From the NCBI RefSeq assembly GCF_000009045.1, contig NC_000964.3, positions 240,001 through 272,000 of the forward strand: a stretch of DNA of 32,000 bases. The letters are read 5' to 3'. The notes below the pieces were generated by a model. It was not told where the DNA came from. It saw only the letters and a list, made by a program, of their open reading frames with translations, and did not search any database. This DNA comes from Bacillus subtilis subsp. subtilis str. 168. Its GTDB lineage: Bacteria; Bacillota; Bacilli; Bacillales; Bacillaceae. The first letter of the stretch is position 1, and each line of letters begins with the position of its first letter. The translations under genes and the position numbers were made by a program. This document shows, one piece after another, positions 1 to 8,277 of this stretch.

Positions 1-1842
1 GCTCAGACTATTTAAAAGGTTTTGATAAGAGTCGATTTGTGACGCAGTGAGAGACGTTTGAGTGTCGCCCAATAAACCCGTGATATAGGCACCTGGTTTA
101 CCATTTGTAATGGTAATTGTGTTTGGTGAACCTTCACTTGGTATGGTTGCCAGAAGTGAAGTTGATAGAATAATATCCAACTCAGGTGATGTGAAAATGG
201 TTTCTGTCGTATCAAATTCAAACATCGCGTTTGCCAGACTTGTTAGATTTTCTAAAGCTGGAATGGTAGATAAAATGTCTGTCAGTGTACGCAGTCTTGC
301 ATCATATACCGGATCAGACGGCGGATTTACATTGCTTGCACCTGAGTCTCTTCCTGAATACCCGTCTTTATCAATCCCGATGCTTCCAGAGCCGCTTCCG
401 ATGGTTCCTTCATAAAATTGATCAAAGGCCCAGTTGTTTGGCATCGGATAGCCGAGATTGCCGCTAAATCCTGTTGACATATTTGCCACAAAACTATACT
501 TTGTCAGTCCTGCTTCAGATGTACGGATACAAATGTTTCTTGGTCCGTAAACCCCTATTTCATACTTAGGTGCGGTTGAAAATGTCTGCATTTTTGTAAA
601 TGCTGACTTAATCTCTTGGAAATAAGGAATGATTTTATCGGTCACTTCATAATCGTATGCATCAAAATCGACAGCGAAATAAATGGTCGTGCCTGACGGA
701 AAACCTAATCTTCTAGCAGCAGAAGCGGCACTATATGCATCTCTTGTGCCTTGGTCTTTGACAAAATAAGAAGATTCATAGCCGCCGTCTTGATAAATTG
801 GGAAAACCTTCAATCCGGCATCAAGAATAACTGCAAGCTCTTTAGATGTCAGGGCTTTAGATGTGAGGCCGCTGCTTGTCCGCACATTTCCGGTCAAATA
901 TCTGCCAACCGTTTTATAACCGTTATTCCGCAGTGTTTGAGCTTTTTCTGCGGTTATAATTGTAGCAGTGTCACAAGCAGAAGCGGTGCGAGTTGTGTCT
1001 CCTGAGCTTGATAATAAAGCTTTAATGGTTGGCATATCTGCATAACCTGTTTGCGGCAGGCACATGAACTCTTGAAATGCTTTAACAGCTGAAACAACAC
1101 CCACACCATATTTGCCGTCAAACTCACCAGGATCGAACGATTTTCCGTTACAATAGAGGGCGTACTGAACAATTAAGACAAATCCTGTTCTTGAATCGCC
1201 GGGAGTTAAAGTAGGGCACAAACTTGTGGTGCCGTTTCCGAAAAATCCATTGGCAACACTTGTGCTCATGCCTTCTTCTTTTTGCAGGGCATAAATAAGA
1301 GCTTTATTTGTATCGCGGCCATACAGTCCGTCACAAGGCATTAACCCGATATAGTCATTGTAGTCTCGATTTAAGTTTTGTTGAATCTGGCGAATTCTTG
1401 AATCACCCCCAGACACCAGCTTAAAAGCGCTCATGTCTAATAAGGCTTTCATAATTAACGTGGTGACAATCCCATCCTGTGTTGTCAGTCCGGCAGCTTT
1501 TTGAAATTCTTTTACCGCATTTTCTGTTTTTTCGTAAAAGACGCCTGTAAAACCGCCGGGATTAAAGCCTTTACACCATAAAGCCCCTTGTAAAATAAAA
1601 TTCATGTTGCTTGGTTTTGAATCTGGAGCTTGGCGTTTAAGAGGCTTAAATAAGCGCTGTGTTGTCGGCCCGAAGTTATCGGCTGGCTCTGAGATACCCA
1701 ATTCAATTTGAAGCGCCCGAGTCAGACCGTAGATCGTATCCCACCCAGTTTTCCCGCTTTCTTCAACTGGGTTATACCCATGTTTGCCGCTGTACGTATC
1801 GTTCAGCCATTGCTGTGTGATTAAGACCATTTCATCAACCAT
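1..1842 (-). CDS. ybfG: Peptidoglycan-binding / DUF1906 (glycoside-hydrolase-like) protein, N-terminal 614 codons; ORF continues past the left window edge
   Basis: Uninterrupted minus-strand frame from ATG (1842-1840) to base 1. It is absent from the supplied track because no stop codon lies in the window. GGAGGA lies 6 nt upstream. My translation starts MVDEMVLITQQWLNDTYSGKHGYNPVEESGKTGW. It contains repeated PG_binding_1-like segments (..GIVTTLIMKALL.., ..YADMPTIKALLSS..) followed by a DUF1906-like core (GRYLTGNVRTSSG..IYFAVDFDAYDYE..GVYGPRN). Confidence 0.85.
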   Translation of the reverse strand, partial: MVDEMVLITQQWLNDTYSGKHGYNPVEESGKTGWDTIYGLTRALQIELGISEPADNFGPTTQRLFKPLKRQAPDSKPSNMNFILQGALWCKGFNPGGFTGVFYEKTENAVKEFQKAAGLTTQDGIVTTLIMKALLDMSAFKLVSGGDSRIRQIQQNLNRDYNDYIGLMPCDGLYGRDTNKALIYALQKEEGMSTSVANGFFGNGTTSLCPTLTPGDSRTGFVLIVQYALYCNGKSFDPGEFDGKYGVGVVSAVKAFQEFMCLPQTGYADMPTIKALLSSSGDTTRTASACDTATIITAEKAQTLRNNGYKTVGRYLTGNVRTSSGLTSKALTSKELAVILDAGLKVFPIYQDGGYESSYFVKDQGTRDAYSAASAARRLGFPSGTTIYFAVDFDAYDYEVTDKIIPYFQEIKSAFTKMQTFSTAPKYEIGVYGPRNICIRTSEAGLTKYSFVANMSTGFSGNLGYPMPNNWAFDQFYEGTIGSGSGSIGIDKDGYSGRDSGASNVNPPSDPVYDARLRTLTDILSTIPALENLTSLANAMFEFDTTETIFTSPELDIILSTSLLATIPSEGSPNTITITNGKPGAYITGLLGDTQTSLTASQIDSYQNLLNSLS

Positions 1843-1895
1843 TTCGATTCCTCCTTTGTTAGATTGCGTTCATTTATAGGTGGCAAACGTAGGAC

Positions 1896-1930
1896 AAAAT
1901 AAAAAAATGGATGCCGTTAAGCATCCATTT
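1896..1930 (-). terminator. Rho-independent terminator of ybfH
   Basis: 10-bp stem aaatggatgc/gcatccattt (1905-1914 / 1921-1930) followed on the minus strand by TTTTATTTT. The stem contains the last ybfH codons and its stop codon. Confidence 0.8.
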
Positions 1931-2837
1931 TACATCCGTTCTCCAACAGCTTCGCTTTCGGTTTCAGCTCTGAAATGTAGAGGCCTAAAAGTGTAAGCGC
2001 GCCTCCTAGAAGAGCGATCCATGTCATGTTTTCGTGCAGAATCAGGACAGAAGCGGCGATCGTGATAACCGGGACCATGTAAATATACGCACTGGATTTG
2101 ACGGCTCCGAGCACTCCAACTGAATAATTCCAAGTGGCGAAGCACAGGGCAGAAGCGCCAATCCCTAAGAAAAGCATGTTGAGTATATTTGAAGCAGATG
2201 AAAATCGGCTTAGGTCAAAATGGAAGTCGAACAAAAATAAAGCGGGAACCATAAACAATAAACCATACAAAAATACTCTCTGTGTCAGCTCGATGATGTG
2301 GTATTCGTAGGCGCTTAATTTTTTCATGAATATCGAGTATCCGCCAAACACGAGAGCAGCCCCGGCTGCCATGATGTCTCCGAGCGGATTTAGACGCAGT
2401 ACCACATTGCCGTTAAACGTAATCAATAAAAGCCCGATCAGTGCCGAGATAAATCCAATCAAAAAAGTCAGACGCAATTTTTCGCCTTCGAGCAGAAAAT
2501 GGGCCAAAACCGCAGTGATCATCGGTATAATGGACACGATCATGCCGACATTGGAGGCGTATGTATAGGTGAGAGCTATATTTTCTAATAGAAAGTATAA
2601 GGTTACGCCAAATAAACCAGCTCCGGCAAACAACAGCTCCTGCCGCCAATTTCTGAACGGAATCATGTTGGGACGGACGAGGATAAGAGCGATAAAGCCC
2701 ATCAAAAACCGATAAAATAATATTTCCATTGGAGAGAAGTCAGCCAGCAGAACTTTTGTCGAAATAAAGGTCGTCCCCCAAATCAGAATGGTCACAATGG
2801 CTGCGATATGCCCCGAAGTTTCTCTTTGTATGTTCAT
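1917..2837 (-). CDS. ybfH: EamA/DMT-family (drug/metabolite transporter) integral membrane protein
   Basis: 306-aa ORF that is hydrophobic throughout, with about 10 predicted TM segments arranged as two EamA-like halves. Its ATG overlaps the ybfI stop codon (ATGA). Confidence 0.9.
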
Positions 2838-3661
2838 CTGTGAAGCTCCTTTTCAAAAATCTTCATGTATTGCTTCGGCGTCAGCCCCACCTGCCGTTTA
2901 AAAAACTTCGTCATATGACTCTGATCGCTGAATCCTGTCTGAAATGCCGCATCAATCGGCCTTACCCCTTGTTCAAGGAGTTTTTTGGCTTGATTAATCC
3001 GGATTGTTTCCATGTAGCTATTAGGGGTAATGCCTTTTTGTTTTGTAAATGAACGCAATAAATGATACTTGCTCCAGCCTGTTAATTCACTCAAATCATT
3101 GAGTGTAACATTTTCGGCATAATGCTCTTCTAAAAATTCACAAACCATTTTGACTTCGTCTGATGGTTCTGGAACGCTGCTAAGGAACGTGACATCTGAA
3201 TAATGGCGGATCAGCTCCTCTAATAGATGAAGAAACAGCTCCTCCTTACGCAAAGCTTGTTTTTCCTCGGATATCAAAATATGCAATTCCTGCAGGCTGG
3301 CTGTCAGCTCATGGCGGAATAACACATGCTGGGAGAAATAAGGGAGATGCCCGGAGCCAGTAATCTCTTTCACCGCCTTCTCCATGATATCCGGCATGAC
3401 ATTGATACACCGATAATCAAGCGTCCGGCCGTCAATCTGTTCACAGCTATGCGTGTCACGGGGGTTAAAGAGGAGAAGATCACCTGGATTGATGATATAT
3501 TCTTGATCCTGACAGGCCAGATACCGTTGCCCTTTTTCAATAAATCCAATCACATAATAATCGTGAAAGTGGTTCGGGAACTTCTGCATAATTCCCTTGA
3601 AGCGGTAGGCTTCTATATGAAGGTGTGGGTCAAGCTGCAGTGTGCGGGTTTCGTTTTGCAT
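2834..3661 (-). CDS. ybfI: AraC-family transcription regulator (N-terminal cupin, C-terminal double HTH)
   Basis: Start trimmed to ATG 3661 (MQNETRT..), preceded by AGGAGG. Cupin-like segment [28 protein letters not shown]. AraC HTH segment [52 protein letters not shown]. Confidence 0.9.
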
Positions 3662-3750
3662 GGGATGCCTCCTGTCGGTGTGGTGGTCTTGGATTAAGTG
3701 TAGCATGATTTTGGGGGATTTCTTGTATGATGTTGCTGTTTAGGAATAGA

Positions 3751-3778
3751 GAAAGCAGACCGTTATTTGTCTGCTTTC
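3751..3778. repeat. Perfect 10-bp inverted repeat / hairpin with 8-nt loop in the ybfI-purT divergent region
   Basis: gaaagcagac-cgttattt-gtctgctttc. No U-tract follows on either strand. Confidence 0.6.
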
Positions 3779-3891
3779 GTTTAAGAATTTAAAAGATTTT
3801 AACCCTCAATAATAATTTTATCTTTTTTAATAAAAATTTATTTTTCAAATATTTCAGTTATAATGGTTTGGAACAGATAGGAGGGGCAAAG

Positions 3892-5046
3892 ATGTATCAA
3901 TCAAAGAAGGTTTTATTGTTAGGTTCAGGTGAATTAGGTAAAGAGGTAGTGATTGAAGCCCAGCGTCTTGGGGTACAGACGGTGGCAGTTGACAGTTACG
4001 AGCATGCTCCGGCGATGCAGGTCGCGCATAACAGTTATGTCGTTGATATGCTGGACCCAGAGCAGATCAGAACCATCATTGAGAAAGAAAATCCGGATTT
4101 GATTGTGCCTGAGGTTGAGGCGATTGCGACGGATGAATTGCTGAAGCTTGAAGAGGAAGGATTTCACGTTATCCCGAATGCCCGTGCGGCCAAGCTGACG
4201 ATGGATCGGGAAGGCATCAGACGACTTGCGGCGGAAACGCTTGGACTTGCGACAGCTGGCTATGAATTTGCGAATACATATGATGAATTTATACAAGCGG
4301 CAGCTCAGATCGGTTTTCCTTGTGTCGTTAAACCATTGATGAGTTCTTCTGGAAAAGGCCAAAGTGTGTGCCGCTCTGAAGCGGATTTAGAGAGCTGCTG
4401 GGAGACGGCGATGGAAGGCGGACGGGTGAAAAACGGCCGCGTGATCGTTGAGGAGTTTATCCCTTTCGAATCAGAAATCACACTCTTAACCGTACGTGCG
4501 GTTAACGGTACGGCATTTTGTGAGCCGATCGGTCATGTGCAAAAGGACGGGGATTATATCGAATCGTGGCAGCCGCATGATATGACAGAGCAGCAAATAG
4601 AAGAAGCGAAGCATATTGCGAAAACGATCACGGATGAGCTTGGCGGATACGGCCTGTTTGGTGTTGAGCTGTTCCTTGCGAAAGATAGGGTATATTTCAG
4701 TGAGGTATCTCCTCGTCCGCATGATACGGGTCTTGTCACGCTGGTGACGCAAAATTTGTCAGAATTTGCGCTGCATGTCCGGGCGATTCTCGGCTTTCCG
4801 ATTACAGAAATCACACAGCTTTCTCCTGGCGCCAGCAGGCCCCTCAAAGCGCCGGAAGAATTAGCGGATTACACTGTTGAAGGATTGGAAAACGCACTGG
4901 CAGTCCCAAAGACTCAAGTGCGCGTCTTTGGAAAGCCGATAACAAAAGCCGGACGTCGTATGGCAGTTGCGCTTTCTGCTGCTGATTCAGTTGAAACGGC
5001 AAGAGAGAATGCAAAGAAAGCGTTGGACCAGCTAATTTTAAAATAG
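3892..5046 (+). CDS. purT: Formate-dependent phosphoribosylglycinamide formyltransferase (GAR transformylase 2), ATP-grasp
   Basis: Start at ATG 3892, which lies 7 nt after AGGAGGGG. N-terminal [12 protein letters not shown] motif. ATP-grasp body with full-length similarity to PurT. 384 aa. Confidence 0.95.
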   Translation: MYQSKKVLLLGSGELGKEVVIEAQRLGVQTVAVDSYEHAPAMQVAHNSYVVDMLDPEQIRTIIEKENPDLIVPEVEAIATDELLKLEEEGFHVIPNARAAKLTMDREGIRRLAAETLGLATAGYEFANTYDEFIQAAAQIGFPCVVKPLMSSSGKGQSVCRSEADLESCWETAMEGGRVKNGRVIVEEFIPFESEITLLTVRAVNGTAFCEPIGHVQKDGDYIESWQPHDMTEQQIEEAKHIAKTITDELGGYGLFGVELFLAKDRVYFSEVSPRPHDTGLVTLVTQNLSEFALHVRAILGFPITEITQLSPGASRPLKAPEELADYTVEGLENALAVPKTQVRVFGKPITKAGRRMAVALSAADSVETARENAKKALDQLILK

Positions 5047-5053
5047 AGTTTGA

Positions 5054-5088
5054 ACAGGTCTTGTCATGGGACAAGGCCTGTTTTTTTC
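5054..5088 (+). terminator. Rho-independent terminator of purT
   Basis: 12-bp stem acaggtcttgtc/gacaaggcctgt containing one G-U pair, 4-nt loop, then TTTTTTT. Confidence 0.85.
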
Positions 5089-5189
5089 TTTCTCCGTAAA
5101 AGTTTTATCATAAGAATCAGAAACCTGATTATAATGTAAAAGTCTTCCATCGATACGGGTGGTTGACACTAAAGGAGGGAGATGACAAA

Positions 5190-6131
5190 ATGAAATTAGT
5201 TCCAAGATTCAGAAAACAATGGTTCGCTTACTTAACGGTTTTGTGTTTGGCTTTGGCAGCAGCGGTTTCTTTTGGCGTACCGGCAAAAGCGGCAGAGAAC
5301 CCGCAAACTTCTGTATCGAATACCGGTAAAGAAGCTGATGCTACGAAAAACCAAACGTCAAAAGCAGATCAGGTTTCCGCCCCTTATGAGGGAACCGGAA
5401 AAACAAGTAAATCGTTATACGGCGGCCAAACGGAACTGGAAAAAAACATTCAAACCTTACAGCCTTCGAGCATTATCGGAACTGATGAACGCACCAGAAT
5501 CTCCAGCACGACATCTTTTCCATATAGAGCAACCGTTCAACTGTCAATCAAGTATCCCAACACTTCAAGCACTTATGGATGTACCGGATTTTTAGTCAAT
5601 CCAAATACAGTCGTCACGGCTGGACATTGTGTGTACAGCCAGGATCATGGATGGGCTTCGACGATAACCGCCGCGCCGGGCCGCAATGGTTCGTCATATC
5701 CGTACGGTACTTATTCAGGCACGATGTTTTACTCCGTCAAAGGATGGACGGAAAGCAAAGACACCAACTATGATTACGGAGCTATTAAATTAAACGGTTC
5801 TCCTGGAAACACGGTTGGCTGGTACGGCTACCGGACTACAAACAGCAGCAGTCCCGTGGGCCTTTCCTCGTCAGTGACAGGATTCCCATGTGACAAAACC
5901 TTTGGCACGATGTGGTCTGATACAAAGCCGATTCGCTCCGCTGAAACGTATAAGCTGACCTATACAACCGATACGTACGGCTGCCAAAGCGGCTCGCCTG
6001 TTTATCGAAACTACAGTGATACAGGGCAGACAGCTATTGCCATTCACACGAACGGAGGATCGTCATATAACTTGGGAACAAGGGTGACGAACGATGTATT
6101 CAACAATATTCAATATTGGGCAAATCAATAA
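5190..6131 (+). CDS. mpr: Secreted glutamyl-endopeptidase-like serine protease (S1B / V8 family), prepro-enzyme
   Basis: ATG 5190 follows AAAGGAGGG. Signal peptide MKLVPRFRKQWFAYLTVLCLALAAAVSFGVPAKA. Catalytic motifs TAGHCV (His), DYGAIKL (Asp) and GCQSGSPV (Ser). 313 aa. Confidence 0.93.
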   Translation: MKLVPRFRKQWFAYLTVLCLALAAAVSFGVPAKAAENPQTSVSNTGKEADATKNQTSKADQVSAPYEGTGKTSKSLYGGQTELEKNIQTLQPSSIIGTDERTRISSTTSFPYRATVQLSIKYPNTSSTYGCTGFLVNPNTVVTAGHCVYSQDHGWASTITAAPGRNGSSYPYGTYSGTMFYSVKGWTESKDTNYDYGAIKLNGSPGNTVGWYGYRTTNSSSPVGLSSSVTGFPCDKTFGTMWSDTKPIRSAETYKLTYTTDTYGCQSGSPVYRNYSDTGQTAIAIHTNGGSSYNLGTRVTNDVFNNIQYWANQ

Positions 6132-6492
6132 ATACAGCAAACTAGCCATATTCATGTCTATTTTGTTTTTATGCGGGTGCAGTTCGCAGACGCATTCTTC
6201 TCAAAAAGAAACGACTATTCCTGTCACTCTTCATGTGGAGGATGCTAAGGGGCTGCCGGTCGAAGGGGTTCAAGTGACGATTGTCAAAGCGCCCTCTTCA
6301 GATGAGGAGCCGAGTACAGAGATTGGCGAGATACTCGGTAAAACAGACAAAAACGGAGATATCAAATGGGATACCGGCAGAAAAGGCGATTACTCAGTCG
6401 CGTTGACGAAGGGTGAAACATCAGTAACCCATCACATCTCGTTAACAGAGGATAAAAAAGATCATGCCATTCCATTAGTCTTCAAAGAATAG
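6094..6492 (+). CDS. ybfJ: Small lipoprotein with a CarboxypepD_reg-like beta-sandwich domain; 38-nt overlap with the mpr 3' end
   Basis: SD AGGGTGA lies 6 nt before ATG 6094. Lipoprotein signal ..NKYSKLAIFMSILFLCGC. Body segment VTLHVEDAKGLPVEGVQVTIV..GKTDKNGDIKWDTGRKGDYSVAL is typical of carboxypeptidase-regulatory-like folds. Confidence 0.75.
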   Translation: MYSTIFNIGQINKYSKLAIFMSILFLCGCSSQTHSSQKETTIPVTLHVEDAKGLPVEGVQVTIVKAPSSDEEPSTEIGEILGKTDKNGDIKWDTGRKGDYSVALTKGETSVTHHISLTEDKKDHAIPLVFKE

Positions 6493-6527
6493 CAGTTTCC
6501 TTGATTTTAAGGGAACTGCCTTTTTTA
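6492..6527 (+). terminator. Rho-independent terminator after ybfJ
   Basis: Stem gcagtttcc / gggaactgc with one mismatch, followed by TTTTTTATTT. Confidence 0.75.
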
Positions 6528-6657
6528 TTTATTGCAGGAAACCAAACTATATACTGGAAATTTATTATGTGAGATAATAAGAAATAGGTATTTTTTCTTA
6601 CGAGACAAAAGGGGCGTTATCCTTTATATCAATCAAACCCGGAGGAAAAAGAAGAAG

Positions 6658-7548
6658 ATGATACAAGATTCAATGCAGTTTGCCGCGGTTGAAAGTGGTC
6701 TGCGCTTTTACCAGGCATATGATCAAAGCCTTTCTTTGTGGCCGATTGAGTCGGAAGCATTCTATGTTTCTACTCGTTTTGGAAAAACACATATCATTGC
6801 AAGTGGGCCAAAGGACGCACCTTCGCTCATTTTGCTTCACGGAGGCCTTTTCAGCTCTGCGATGTGGTATCCGAATATCGCAGCGTGGAGCAGTCAATTT
6901 CGTACATATGCGGTCGATATAATAGGAGACAAAAATAAAAGTATACCATCAGCAGCCATGGAAACGAGAGCTGATTTTGCAGAATGGATGAAAGATGTCT
7001 TTGATTCTCTTGGACTTGAGACGGCACATCTGGCCGGCCTTTCGCTTGGCGGGTCCCATATCGTGAATTTCTTACTCCGCGCGCCTGAAAGAGTAGAGCG
7101 GGCGGTTGTTATCAGTCCCGCTGAAGCGTTTATTTCATTTCATCCGGATGTCTATAAATACGCTGCAGAGCTTACAGGGGCAAGAGGAGCTGAATCATAT
7201 ATCAAGTGGATCACAGGCGACAGTTATGATCTGCATCCTTTACTGCAAAGACAAATTGTGGCGGGCGTGGAATGGCAGGATGAGCAAAGGAGCCTGAAGC
7301 CGACAGAAAACGGCTTTCCGTACGTGTTCACAGACCAGGAATTGAAATCAATACAAGTCCCGGTACTTCTGATGTTCGGTGAGCACGAGGCTATGTACCA
7401 TCAGCAAATGGCCTTTGAGCGGGCTTCGGTATTGGTGCCGGGAATTCAGGCTGAAATCGTAAAGAACGCCGGACATCTGTTATCTCTGGAGCAGCCAGAG
7501 TACGTCAATCAACGCGTCTTGTCCTTTTTATGCGGGGGGATAAAATAG
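6658..7548 (+). CDS. ybfK: Alpha/beta-hydrolase-fold carboxylesterase
   Basis: Start trimmed to ATG 6658 after CGGAGGA. Oxyanion-hole motif LLHGG and nucleophile elbow GLSLGG. 296 aa. The 42-codon extension in the ORF track has no SD sequence. Confidence 0.9.
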   Translation: MIQDSMQFAAVESGLRFYQAYDQSLSLWPIESEAFYVSTRFGKTHIIASGPKDAPSLILLHGGLFSSAMWYPNIAAWSSQFRTYAVDIIGDKNKSIPSAAMETRADFAEWMKDVFDSLGLETAHLAGLSLGGSHIVNFLLRAPERVERAVVISPAEAFISFHPDVYKYAAELTGARGAESYIKWITGDSYDLHPLLQRQIVAGVEWQDEQRSLKPTENGFPYVFTDQELKSIQVPVLLMFGEHEAMYHQQMAFERASVLVPGIQAEIVKNAGHLLSLEQPEYVNQRVLSFLCGGIK

Positions 7549-7576
7549 TAAGGAACATGAAAAGATTGGCATTCAT

Positions 7577-7605
7577 TTTTCAAAAGGTAACAAATGTTGT
7601 ATAAT
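7577..7605 (+). promoter_or_regulatory. Candidate sigma-A promoter (TTTTCA-17-TATAAT) upstream of pssA
   Basis: -35 element TTTTCA (7577-7582) and -10 element TATAAT (7600-7605). Motif reading only. Confidence 0.35.
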
Positions 7606-7675
7606 AATAGAATTTGAATGCTGCTTTTTTTGGGAGCATTCTATGTTATCATGCTTATTGGAGAAAAATTTTTCC

Positions 7676-7701
7676 TGTAACGCTATTCGATCACTATCGT
7701 C
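7676..7701 (+). promoter_or_regulatory. ECF sigma-X-type promoter for pssA-ybfM-psd (TGTAAC-N16-CGTC)
   Basis: TGTAAC at 7676-7681 and CGTC at 7698-7701, about 43 nt before the pssA GTG. This matches the sigma-X consensus TGTAAC..CGAC. The pssA operon is reported in the literature as a sigma-X target. Confidence 0.6.
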
Positions 7702-7743
7702 AAATAATATAGATGGTTTTACAATTGGAGGTTTGGTTACACT

Positions 7744-8277
7744 GTGAATTACATCCCCTGTATGATTACGATAGGAAACTTCATTTGCGGATTGCTGGCG
7801 ATTCATTCCTTGCTATATCACAACATTCATTCAGCAGTGCTTTTTATTTTTACAGGCATGTTCCTTGATTTCTTTGACGGGATGGCTGCTCGTAAGCTGA
7901 ATGCCGTTTCTGATATGGGGAGAGAACTGGATTCGTTTGCCGATCTGGTTACGTTTGGGGTGGCTCCTTCTATGCTTGCTTACAGTGTCGCGTTGTATAC
8001 CCTGCCATTTATCGGGATCTTATGCGCATTGACGTACAGCATTTGCGGAATGCTTCGCCTCTCTAAATTTAACATTGAACAAAGCAAGCTCCCGACGTTT
8101 ATCGGTATGCCGATTCCGTTTGCGGGCATGTGTCTCGTTATTCTAAGCTTCACCTATAACCCGATCCTTCTGGCAATCGGCACTTGCGGACTCTCATATT
8201 TGATGGTGAGTAAAATAAAATTCCCTCATTTTAAAAAACATGCGGCAGAAAACCTGGAGTCTGGGAGATGGAATTAG
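7744..8277 (+). CDS. pssA: CDP-diacylglycerol-serine O-phosphatidyltransferase (phosphatidylserine synthase)
   Basis: GTG start. CDP-alcohol phosphatidyltransferase signature DGMAARKLNAVSDMGRELDSFAD (DGxxARx8Gx3Dx3D). 177 aa. Confidence 0.95.
   Translation: MNYIPCMITIGNFICGLLAIHSLLYHNIHSAVLFIFTGMFLDFFDGMAARKLNAVSDMGRELDSFADLVTFGVAPSMLAYSVALYTLPFIGILCALTYSICGMLRLSKFNIEQSKLPTFIGMPIPFAGMCLVILSFTYNPILLAIGTCGLSYLMVSKIKFPHFKKHAAENLESGRWN

Noticed and set aside
110-1172. Four short ORFs from the track (110-415 +, 285-467 +, 751-1005 +, 954-1172 -), which are almost the only track ORFs in the first 1.8 kb (12-221 - is a fifth)
   Set aside because: A single uninterrupted minus-strand frame with a strong SD/ATG at 1842 spans the whole region. 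It encodes recognisable PG-binding and DUF1906 sequence (ybfG). The short ORFs are antisense or off-frame shadows with no SD sequence.
6532-6657. N-terminal extensions offered by the ORF track (ybfK 6532, ybfO 9901, ybfP 11385, purT 3868, mpr 5163, ybfI 3706, gamA 17599, glsA 25255, ycbD 28813, ilvE 18995, kdgD 27884)
   Set aside because: The extended starts have no SD sequence at a usable distance and add non-homologous residues. Internal starts with canonical GGAGG-type sites give proteins that begin where the family homology or signal peptide begins.
7616-7641. Hairpin after ybfK as a possible ybfK terminator
   Set aside because: It has only a 7-bp stem with a 12-nt loop and no U-tract following on the + strand. 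I treat it as a leader structure of pssA instead, and no convincing ybfK terminator was found.
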